Assembly: GCA_030704845.1 (NCBI GenBank) | Contig: JAUYKZ010000001.1 | Location: forward strand, 621-64,620 | Origin: an archaeon | GTDB lineage: Archaea > Nanobdellota > Nanobdellia > Woesearchaeales > GW2011-AR9 | Direction: 5' to 3' | Length of the DNA: 64,000 nucleotides | Part shown: in pieces, positions 56,610 to 64,000 of the stretch | Layout: each line of letters opens with the position of its first letter | How positions within the stretch are numbered: position 1 is the stretch's first letter | The notes under the pieces: model-generated | Told to the model about the DNA's origin: nothing | What the model saw: the letters and a program-made list of their open reading frames with translations, nothing else | The model's database searches: none | Made by a program: the position numbers and the translations under genes

Positions 56610-56728
56610 GGGCTTGTAGTATAGTGGATAGTACGGCCGGCTTCGGGAAGTGGAAGTATTGTCTTCACTTGCAGTCACCGGCTAACCGGGGTTCGAATTT
56701 GAAAAAAACGAAAGTCCCTGCAAGCCCA
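56610..56728 (+). tRNA. tRNA-Arg(TCG) with 37/38 intron (56647-56676) and 59/60 intron (56698-56714)
   Basis: Acceptor GGGCTTG/CAAGCCC, GCCGG-CTTCGG|A-CCGGC, T-stem CGGGG/CCCTG with BHB helix TTCG/CGAA. Confidence 0.87.
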
Positions 56729-56738
56729 TTCATTTCAA

Positions 56739-57248
56739 ATGAATTTGCAAATAGGAGTATTCGGAAGTGCATCTACGACTAATAAGAAATACCTAGATCT
56801 TGCTCAGGAAACTGGGAAACTTTTAGCTGAAAATGAAGTGACTATTTTTTGTGGTAATGTTACAGGGATTTTAGGCGCAACCATTAAGGGAGCTAAATTA
56901 GTTAATGGAAAGACAGTTGTTGTTGCTCCATATGATCATAAAAATTTAGATTTATCTAATGTTGATGTTTACATCGCAAGTTCATTAAATTGGTTCTCTA
57001 GAGGTCCATCATTGGTAAATTCTTTGAACGGAATAATTGTAATCAGCGGAGGCGTTGGAACTCTAACTGAAATGGCCTACGCCTGGTGGGAAGAAGTACC
57101 TATTGTAATTGTAAGAACTGGGGGGATTAATGACCAATATATTGGAAAAACATTTGATCCAAGGAAGAAGCATAAACTTTTAGGTGCAGATACACCTAAA
57201 GAAGCAGTTGATTTATTACTGAAAACGATCTCTAAAAGAAAAAGTTAG
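56739..57248 (+). CDS. LOG/SLOG family protein (TIGR00725-like)
   Basis: IGVFGS and GGVGTLTEMAYA. Confidence 0.85.
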   Translation: MNLQIGVFGSASTTNKKYLDLAQETGKLLAENEVTIFCGNVTGILGATIKGAKLVNGKTVVVAPYDHKNLDLSNVDVYIASSLNWFSRGPSLVNSLNGIIVISGGVGTLTEMAYAWWEEVPIVIVRTGGINDQYIGKTFDPRKKHKLLGADTPKEAVDLLLKTISKRKS

Positions 57249-57269
57249 TTTCATCGCTACTTATTATCA

Positions 57270-58094
57270 TTAAGAATTCTTTTTAGTTAACTGCAAATAA
57301 TTTTCAGAAGATATTAACGATTTTCCTATTTTTTGTTCTAGTTCTTTTCGAGTATTCTTCGCGATATTACCGCCTTCCTTAGCAGTCTCTTTTAGTTCTG
57401 GAACACCTTGTGCGTTTTTGGCAATAGTGATATCTGTAGTTGCCTTCTCTCCAACCATATTCAAGATCAATTCCCAATCCGTCATATAATCTCTTAGATT
57501 CTGATTAGGCTTGGCTAAATCTTTAAACTTCTTGTATTCTCCGACGGTCTTACCAAATGCTGCTTTAGAGATTTCGTCTGTTAATATTGCAAAGTCTCTC
57601 TTTTCTTCAGCACCCCTGTTTTTCCATTCGTTAGTAAGATCCTGCCTTATTGCAATACCTCTCAGCCTTTTGTCAATCCACTCTTTAGGGTAACCCTTTA
57701 GTTTATAGTATTCTTTTACTCTATCTTGAGCAAGCTCTGGGTTTTCAATTTCTTCGATACGCTCTTTTCCAATTTGAGCTAACCACATCTTGAATGGTTC
57801 AGCTTTCTTGGAAGGTATGGATTGTATAATTCTAAAAATAGACCTAGTATTAGCACAGTCTGTTAGTCTCATCTTACCATCTGTAGCAGGTAATTTCAAC
57901 TGGTGACAAATTGTCACCACTTCGCTTCCTTCTTCATTTAGCCTTTGACTAAGTTTATTCCAATATTTTCTAGCCATTAGGTGGTCTTCTTGCTCAGTCA
58001 AAGCTGTAACTATATCAACTACAGAAAAATACCATTCATTATTAAACCAAATTCTTCTAATTTTCTTATCCTGAAACACAATTAACGACTTCAT
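57270..58094 (-). CDS. BRO-N domain (phage antirepressor-like) protein
   Basis: IRRIW...WYFSVVDIV, RKYWNKL and IQSIPSKKAEPFKMWLA. Confidence 0.85.
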   Translation of the reverse strand: MKSLIVFQDKKIRRIWFNNEWYFSVVDIVTALTEQEDHLMARKYWNKLSQRLNEEGSEVVTICHQLKLPATDGKMRLTDCANTRSIFRIIQSIPSKKAEPFKMWLAQIGKERIEEIENPELAQDRVKEYYKLKGYPKEWIDKRLRGIAIRQDLTNEWKNRGAEEKRDFAILTDEISKAAFGKTVGEYKKFKDLAKPNQNLRDYMTDWELILNMVGEKATTDITIAKNAQGVPELKETAKEGGNIAKNTRKELEQKIGKSLISSENYLQLTKKNS

Positions 58095-58219
58095 AAGTAA
58101 TTTGTATCACCGATGGTATATAAAATCTATCTGCGGTTGACCAGTGGGAAGTGGCTCTTAAAACACCAATGATGGAGGTGGGGCGCTATTTCCCTTGGTA
58201 CAGAAATGGGATAATTTTC

Positions 58220-58570
58220 TCATTTCTTGTAACCAAACTTTTTATCGTAAGTTTTGTGATCCGTAATGTCAAGAACGAATGCAACAATTTCAACTTCGCT
58301 TTCTCCGTCGGTTAATGAATACAACATCCTCCAAAAAACAGGAAGTTCGACATGGAAAAGGTTTGTTGCTCCATATCTAAGTTTGTATTCTCCTGGAATG
58401 AGATTTTTAGCAATGGGTTCTCCATAATGGGGATTTGATTTAATCAGTTCTACTTTTTGATTGACGGCTTTGAGAATCATCCGTTCCGTTTTGGATGTTG
58501 GCGCTTCTTCATTAAGATGCTTATAGACTTCTTCTGCCTCGGGAGATAATTTTACGCGAACAATTTTCAT
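58220..58570 (-). CDS. RelE/ParE-like toxin
   Basis: LIKSNPHYG, WRMLYS and DHKTYDKKFGY. Overlaps the upstream gene by 4 bp. Confidence 0.65.
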   Translation of the reverse strand: MKIVRVKLSPEAEEVYKHLNEEAPTSKTERMILKAVNQKVELIKSNPHYGEPIAKNLIPGEYKLRYGATNLFHVELPVFWRMLYSLTDGESEVEIVAFVLDITDHKTYDKKFGYKK

Positions 58571-58845
58571 AATTCGAGCCCCTCAGCAATTGCTTTCCGT
58601 AAGTTCGGATTAGGATTGTGAATCCAAGTTATGCCTCGCATGGTTACTAAAATTTTGTTGCTTAATTCGAGATATTCAAGAATAACTTTAAGGGTGTTAT
58701 GGTTTATTTGCCTGGGAAGTATGCGTTTAAGTTCTGCAACAGTTATAACGCTTTCATTCATGTTCTTGAGAATATCTTCTACCATAAGTACAGTGTTTAA
58801 AGTAGGGCTATGTTCCAGTTTGTGTTCTTGTTGTAATTCAGGCAT
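58567..58845 (-). CDS. Winged-helix protein, probable antitoxin
   Basis: Small wHTH (TVAELKRILP...ILEYLELSNKI) directly upstream of the RelE-like gene. Confidence 0.6.
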   Translation of the reverse strand: MPELQQEHKLEHSPTLNTVLMVEDILKNMNESVITVAELKRILPRQINHNTLKVILEYLELSNKILVTMRGITWIHNPNPNLRKAIAEGLEL

Positions 58846-59059
58846 TTTGGTATTTAATATTTATTAACTTATAACTAATATTTATCAACTGATATTTAAA
58901 TCTTTTGCTTGGTTAGGACACTTTAGGCGAATTTTTCATGACATTAGTAGTGTACCAGTGTTTAAGATTGATAATTTCTCCACAAAGAGTGCAAAGTTCT
59001 AGACGACAAAAAAATCCTTCACAATAACCTTTATATAAGCACCCTTCTTCTAGCATCTG

Positions 59060-60412
59060 ATGGTACTTGGCAAACTTGGAGATTCTTTAAAGGAGACGTT
59101 AAGCAAAATTACGTCCTCAGTTTTCGTAGATGAAAAACTAATAAACGAACTTGTTAAAGACATCCAACGAGCACTTCTTCAGTCTGATACTAACGTTCAG
59201 TTAGTTTTTGATTTAAGTAAAAATATCAAAGAACGAGCTAAAGAAAAAACTCCCGCGGGCATTACAAAACGTGAACAATTAGTTAAAATTGTCTATGAAG
59301 AATTAACAAACTTCTTAGGTAAGGGAGCTCGTGAAATTAAACTTGAAAAGAAACCATTACAAATCATGTTGGTCGGTCTTTTTGGTTCAGGAAAAACTAC
59401 TACGGCGGGTAAGCTTGCCAAATATTACAAGAAAAGGGGATATAAAGTTGCAGTTATTCAGACTGACACTTGGCGTCCTGCTGCATATGAACAGCTGAAA
59501 CAATTAGCATCTCAAGTCGGTGTTGATTTCTATGGTATCAAGGAAGAGAAAGATCCGGTAAATATTTATCTTTCAGTTGAAAAGAAACTTCCAGACTACG
59601 ATTTAGTGATTGTTGATACTGCTGGAAGAGACGCTTTGTCTGAAGAATTAATCGCGGAACTTAACGCTCTAAATGAAGCGGTGAAAGCTGATGAAAGGTT
59701 ATTAGTTATTTCTGCGGATATCGGTCAGGCTGCACAAAAACAGGCTCAAGCTTTCCATGACACTTGTAATGTTACCGGCGTTATTGTCACAAAACTGGAA
59801 GGGACAGCTAAAGGTGGTGGAGCATTATCTGCTTGCGCTGTAACTAATTCTCCGATCATGTTTATCGGGATTGGTGAGAAAATTGACGATTTGGAAATGT
59901 TTCATCCGCAACGTTTCGTTGGAAGATTATTAGGTATGGGTGACATTGAATCTTTACTTGAGAAAGCAAGAGAAGTCATGTCTGAAGATACGGCTAAAGA
60001 TATGCAAGAAAAATTCTTGAAAGGCGATTTTAATTTGATAGATCTTTATGAACAAATGAAATCTCTAAAAAAGATGGGTTCGTTTGGCAAACTTATGGAG
60101 ATGATTCCGGGTATGGGTCAATTAAAACTTCCAAAAGAAGCTTTAGATATCCAAGAAGGAAAATTAGAAAAATGGAAATTTGCAATGGATAGCATGACTC
60201 GGGAAGAGTTAGAAGATCCGGATATAATCTCTTCTGAGAGGGTTGATCGGGTTTCTTCTGGGTCAGGTTTAGCTGTTAGTGAAATCAGAGAGTTGCTTAA
60301 ACAATATCGTCAAAGTAAGAAGATGATGAAGATGTTTAAAGGTGGGGATAAAGACATTTCTAAAATGATGAAACGAATGGGCGGTAAAATGCCGAAAGGC
60401 ATGGGTTTCTAG
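59060..60412 (+). CDS. srp54: Signal recognition particle protein SRP54
   Basis: GLFGSGKTTT, DTWRPAA, DTAGR, AKGGGALS, GMGD and the Met-rich M domain. Confidence 0.97.
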   Translation: MVLGKLGDSLKETLSKITSSVFVDEKLINELVKDIQRALLQSDTNVQLVFDLSKNIKERAKEKTPAGITKREQLVKIVYEELTNFLGKGAREIKLEKKPLQIMLVGLFGSGKTTTAGKLAKYYKKRGYKVAVIQTDTWRPAAYEQLKQLASQVGVDFYGIKEEKDPVNIYLSVEKKLPDYDLVIVDTAGRDALSEELIAELNALNEAVKADERLLVISADIGQAAQKQAQAFHDTCNVTGVIVTKLEGTAKGGGALSACAVTNSPIMFIGIGEKIDDLEMFHPQRFVGRLLGMGDIESLLEKAREVMSEDTAKDMQEKFLKGDFNLIDLYEQMKSLKKMGSFGKLMEMIPGMGQLKLPKEALDIQEGKLEKWKFAMDSMTREELEDPDIISSERVDRVSSGSGLAVSEIRELLKQYRQSKKMMKMFKGGDKDISKMMKRMGGKMPKGMGF

Positions 60413-60437
60413 TTTAGTTTCTAGTTTTTCTTATGTC

Positions 60438-60609
60438 GTGAGATTTTTAAACGCTGAGAATTCTACCACTTTATTGAATGATGGCTTATAAGTAAACCAT
60501 TATTAATGGTGGAATTCTGGCGTGTTCAAAAAGAAACTGATCCGACCGAACGGAGCATGTCGCAGGTGTATTCGCTGGTGGGGGTCAGTTTCTCTTTTTG
60601 ACATCTCAC
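60438..60609 (+). ncRNA. Candidate structured RNA (closing stem with two long hairpins)
   Basis: GTGAGAT/ATCTCAC encloses AGAATTCTACCA/TGGTGGAATTCT and AGAAACTGATCC/GGGTCAGTTTCT. G-T wobbles favour the + strand. Confidence 0.5.
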
Positions 60610-60628
60610 TGGACTGAATTTTCAATTA

Positions 60629-61153
60629 TTATTGTCCTGAACTCCACGGATAAAATGATGCAAGGAGCAGTAAACAATCTAAAGCTGGGGTTCTCTGTTC
60701 TCCAGAAACATAAACCTGAGTTTCAGGATATTTAATGATTTCTCCTTTACAGTTAGTGTGATGTTCTTTTAATTGATCATGAATCTCTGAGACCAAAATA
60801 AAACTTTCATAGTTTTCTCCATCAACTTCTTCATGGAGAATTCTATCTAATTGGTTAACATAATCTGCTACAGCAGCATTTGCAACCCATACCTGAGCTG
60901 AATAATCCGAATGATTTTCTTCACGTTTAAAATAAACAATACTCTCCCGGAATAAATTTTCTTTTAAATTAACAACTCGCTTTGCGGAAAGCATTTCTTG
61001 GTCTGGACAAATGCTGGCAAAGAGTGAAATTGGTCCTTTGTTTGCCAAGAAACGAAGACGGTTTGCAACGGCAGTATTTCTTCGTTCTAGTTCAATCTCA
61101 TGTCCTTGACAAAAGAATTTCATTACATCATACATATCATTAATAAGTTCCAT
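60629..61153 (-). CDS. Hypothetical protein
   Basis: 174-aa ORF with no recognised motif. Confidence 0.55.
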   Translation of the reverse strand: MELINDMYDVMKFFCQGHEIELERRNTAVANRLRFLANKGPISLFASICPDQEMLSAKRVVNLKENLFRESIVYFKREENHSDYSAQVWVANAAVADYVNQLDRILHEEVDGENYESFILVSEIHDQLKEHHTNCKGEIIKYPETQVYVSGEQRTPALDCLLLLASFYPWSSGQ

Positions 61154-61249
61154 CGGGTCTTCATAGCCCTATTTCTTTAAAAATATTATCTTCAGAATCG
61201 AAAAGATTAAAGATGCAATCATTTTTATTAGATTTAGGAGGATGATATT

Positions 61250-61534
61250 ATGGTTAAACTTGTAAGAGTTGAGATGTTAAATAAAAGTAAATTAGAGTGT
61301 ACGGTAAAAGCAATAGGTCTTTTAATGAAGGATTTGTTAGATCTTAGGGATGAAATTAATCCGATAATTCATTCTATGGGAACATCAAAACATGCAGCAA
61401 AATTGATACCTAATGAAAGCAGAGTTAATCAGATAAGAACGTTATTCGCTAATACCGAGCTACATTCAAGAAACATGCAAAAATTTGCTAAAGAAACAAT
61501 AGCATCATTAGAAGTATCATTAGCAGAGTTATAA
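61250..61534 (+). CDS. Hypothetical helical protein
   Basis: 94-aa ORF with AGGAGG RBS. Confidence 0.6.
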   Translation: MVKLVRVEMLNKSKLECTVKAIGLLMKDLLDLRDEINPIIHSMGTSKHAAKLIPNESRVNQIRTLFANTELHSRNMQKFAKETIASLEVSLAEL

Positions 61535-61542
61535 GTTAACGA

Positions 61543-61668
61543 TTAATCTAGCGGCACTTCTTTTCGGAAACCGCAGGATTTACAGTACCACACTTTGAAC
61601 ATTCCATCAGAGAATTTGTGCTGTCCTTCATGAAGTTGTTTTTTACATTCTGGGCAATGGTCTAGCAT
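61543..61668 (-). CDS. Small zinc-ribbon protein (41 aa, not in ORF track)
   Basis: MLDHCPECKKQLHEGQHKFSDGMFKVWYCKSCGFRKEVPLD, with CPEC and CKSCGF. Confidence 0.7.
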   Translation of the reverse strand: MLDHCPECKKQLHEGQHKFSDGMFKVWYCKSCGFRKEVPLD

Positions 61669-61744
61669 GGTTTAAGATAATGTGCACCTATTAATAACCT
61701 TTTCGGGAGAAAGATTAAATACTTGAATTATTTTCTATTTATCG

Positions 61745-62503
61745 ATGGCGTCATATAAACAATTATCAAGATTTCAATCAATTTTAAATGAAGATAGTTT
61801 TACTTATATCTCATCGATTCAAATTATAAGACAGATGTCTCAGTTGATTAGGTCGTTAAAACATACAATCCCTCCTGGCGGAAGAGATTTTGCTAAACAA
61901 TATCTTCTAAATTTTGAAAAGTTTATTTCCGTGATTAATTATGAAAAAATAAATCAGTTAGAAACAGGTATCAATCTTTGTTTAAGTACGGTCAGATTTG
62001 TTTCAGACATTCTTAATCAGAGAAGAGAACAACAATTGCCTTCTGGGCGATTAAGGGTAATGGAAAAAGAATACCTTTACAGTCTTGGAAAAATTCTTTC
62101 CGGGTTAAGAATTGCGTTTAGGGTTGATATCAAAACTTTCTCTCCACCAAAAGATGTTGCATTACGTTATTTCTTTGACAAGAAAGAAGGCGTTGGTAGA
62201 AACTATGCATTCAATAAGATTGGCGGCGATTCTCCAGATAAAGTTTTACCTTCTTTATCAATTGAAAACATTTATCTTGCTATTTCTTTATTAGAACTAC
62301 ACCGAGATACTAAAAATATTGGTAGTTGGACTATTTTTGGAACAACAGCTACTCCGATTAGAATCATTGCATCAGAAAGGCTAATTGGTAAAAAGAGGAT
62401 TTTTGCAATATTTAAGGCTGAGGGCCACACTAAACAAAAAAGTGGGTATCTTATACTAACCAAAGAAAGTACGCCTCAAAATACTCCGTTCGAAGAACTA
62501 TAA
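61745..62503 (+). CDS. Hypothetical protein
   Basis: 252-aa ORF with no recognised motif. Confidence 0.6.
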   Translation: MASYKQLSRFQSILNEDSFTYISSIQIIRQMSQLIRSLKHTIPPGGRDFAKQYLLNFEKFISVINYEKINQLETGINLCLSTVRFVSDILNQRREQQLPSGRLRVMEKEYLYSLGKILSGLRIAFRVDIKTFSPPKDVALRYFFDKKEGVGRNYAFNKIGGDSPDKVLPSLSIENIYLAISLLELHRDTKNIGSWTIFGTTATPIRIIASERLIGKKRIFAIFKAEGHTKQKSGYLILTKESTPQNTPFEEL

Positions 62504-63094
62504 TTCAATTATCTTTCCAGATTTTCCAACGTTTATTACTTTAGTATTGCCTATCTTTTCTTCGATACCATGCGTTTCATGGATATGGCCACAAATATGA
62601 ATATCTGGCTTAAATTCTTCAATGGCTCTTCGCACACCTTTACTTCCCCACCCAATAGTTTTCATGCTTATAATGGAATCATTTGGTTCTATGTGAGTTA
62701 CCATCAATTTTTTCTTGGCATCCTTAATCTCTTCGTGAGCTTTTCTAAGAGTTTCAAAAAATTCATCTTCTGATAATGTTCGCATGATATCTGCATACCC
62801 GCAGCCGAAAATACCCACATCGCCGATTCTTAAGGAATATCCGTGGATGTTTTTAATTTTGTAATGTTCTGCAAGAGCGTTAATTTCAGCCAATCCTTCG
62901 TGATTTCCAGGAATGATCGCAACTTCAAGTCCTTTAGCTTTAAATGGACCAATCATGCCCTCTTTATGCTGATCAAAATTGAAAATATCGCCTGCAATGA
63001 CAACTAAGTCGACTTTTTCTTTAGCTCCTTTCTCAGCCATTTCTTTCATGAAAGATTGGTCTCCATGAATATCACTTATTGCTAATATTTTCAT
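62498..63094 (-). CDS. Calcineurin-like metallophosphoesterase
   Basis: SDIHG, AGD, PGNHE and GHIHE. Confidence 0.9.
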   Translation of the reverse strand: MKILAISDIHGDQSFMKEMAEKGAKEKVDLVVIAGDIFNFDQHKEGMIGPFKAKGLEVAIIPGNHEGLAEINALAEHYKIKNIHGYSLRIGDVGIFGCGYADIMRTLSEDEFFETLRKAHEEIKDAKKKLMVTHIEPNDSIISMKTIGWGSKGVRRAIEEFKPDIHICGHIHETHGIEEKIGNTKVINVGKSGKIIEL

Positions 63095-63193
63095 ATGATT
63101 TTAGGGTCATGCCCACTTTATAAGCGTTTCGGTTACTATTGCTGAGTGGTTAAAACCAGAAGGTTTATAAATGAAAGGCTACCTAAAAAAAGT

Positions 63194-64000
63194 ATGATGG
63201 ACTATGTAGCGGAATTGAAACAGAATCCTAACGATTGGGATACATGGCTTATTTATTCTGACACTCTTCTACGTCAAGGCAATCCTCTTGGAGAATTGAT
63301 TGGTTTGGAGCATCGTTTATTTTTCTCACCAGGTCATCTTGAAGGGAATAATTATTCTGCTTTAATGGAAGCTAGAGAACAAGCCCGGAATGATGTAGAA
63401 GAAGATCTGAAAGAAAAAGGCGTTTCACGTGTTCTTGATTGGTATCATGGTCTTCCTCGTGATGTTGACTTTAATGGTAATAATGAACAGAAAGCCAAAT
63501 TAATTAGGGAGAATCCATTCATTCAGCTTATCGAGACAATTAGAGGAGGTTACAAAGCATTTTCTAAATTAGTTCCAGGCACTAGAAGACATGCGGATGA
63601 ATTGTGGCAAGATCGGTTGGTTCTTCATGAACTGAGAGAGATGGGGTTTTATATTGCTGATGGAGCAGTTTATTTTCTTAGCAAAGATGGCAAGAGTCAA
63701 CATCTAGGAGGCGAGCCTTATCTTGCTCTTACGAGAGAAGGCAGCAATCCTTTATTAAAGAATCTTGGTGAGGCATATAAACAATTATCAGAAACAAGAG
63801 ATTATCGTGTGCCTGAGGAAGATTTAGAGTCTGCTCTTGCCGATCCTGAAACGGAAGTTTTTGAGTTATCTAAATTGGGTTTGGATAGATACTATGATGA
63901 TTATTCTATTTTAGAAATTCCTACTCGACTAATTAGCCAATCTCTAAATGATGATCAGAGAAGATTAGTCGAGCGCGTTTATGGGAAAGGAGATGACTTT
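63194..64000 (+). CDS. Protein with TIGR02996-like N-terminal domain (3'-truncated; not in ORF track)
   Basis: MMDYVAELKQNPNDWDTWLIYSDTLLRQGNPLGELIGLE...WYHGLPR. The frame is open to the window end. Confidence 0.65.
   Translation, partial: MMDYVAELKQNPNDWDTWLIYSDTLLRQGNPLGELIGLEHRLFFSPGHLEGNNYSALMEAREQARNDVEEDLKEKGVSRVLDWYHGLPRDVDFNGNNEQKAKLIRENPFIQLIETIRGGYKAFSKLVPGTRRHADELWQDRLVLHELREMGFYIADGAVYFLSKDGKSQHLGGEPYLALTREGSNPLLKNLGEAYKQLSETRDYRVPEEDLESALADPETEVFELSKLGLDRYYDDYSILEIPTRLISQSLNDDQRRLVERVYGKGDDF

Noticed and set aside
58130-58210. Purine-rich intergenic stretch examined as a tRNA fragment or att site
   Set aside because: No cloverleaf and no match to the 3' end of the adjacent tRNA-Arg.
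60438-60609. Canonical SRP (7S) RNA gene
   Set aside because: Too short, with no Alu domain and no CAGG-stem-GNRA-stem-AGCA helix 8 in the correct order. Kept only as an unassigned structured element.
1650-62773. Numerous short antisense or off-frame ORFs in the track (e.g. 1650-1835, 9358-9705, 13810-14199, 19084-19353, 51065-51316, 51968-52339)
   Set aside because: Most are nested in or overlap well-supported genes and have no recognisable motifs, so they are treated as shadow ORFs.

Overview
AT-rich archaeal chromosome segment, most consistent with a DPANN archaeon of the Woesearchaeota type. This is inferred from GatE, SRP54, archaeal TpiA, PAC2, ATP-dependent ligase, a histone, TATA promoters and BHB-intron tRNAs, mixed with bacterial-type genes (fpg, asnA, tgt, grpE-dnaK-dnaJ). 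Main points: (1) a ~10 kb co-oriented surface-protein locus (two class III signal-peptide proteins, a 1779-aa Fn3/Ig/Cys-rich protein, and a secreted lytic transglycosylase-SGNH esterase fusion). With a second lysozyme-fold protein, a free SGNH hydrolase, a pilin/prepilin-peptidase cluster and a Lit-like membrane protein elsewhere in the window, this suggests a pilus-associated system acting on bacterial peptidoglycan. (2) Five tRNA genes carry nine introns in total, including non-canonical D-loop and T-loop introns, and two T-loop introns share sequence. (3) Two unannotated structured-RNA candidates: a tandem 90-nt covarying motif upstream of gatE and a three-way-junction element after srp54. 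(4) An asnC/asnA/YbaK-like/asnS module. (5) Several small ORFs missing from the ORF track, including a 56-aa histone. All protein calls come from motif recognition by eye; no database searches were run.
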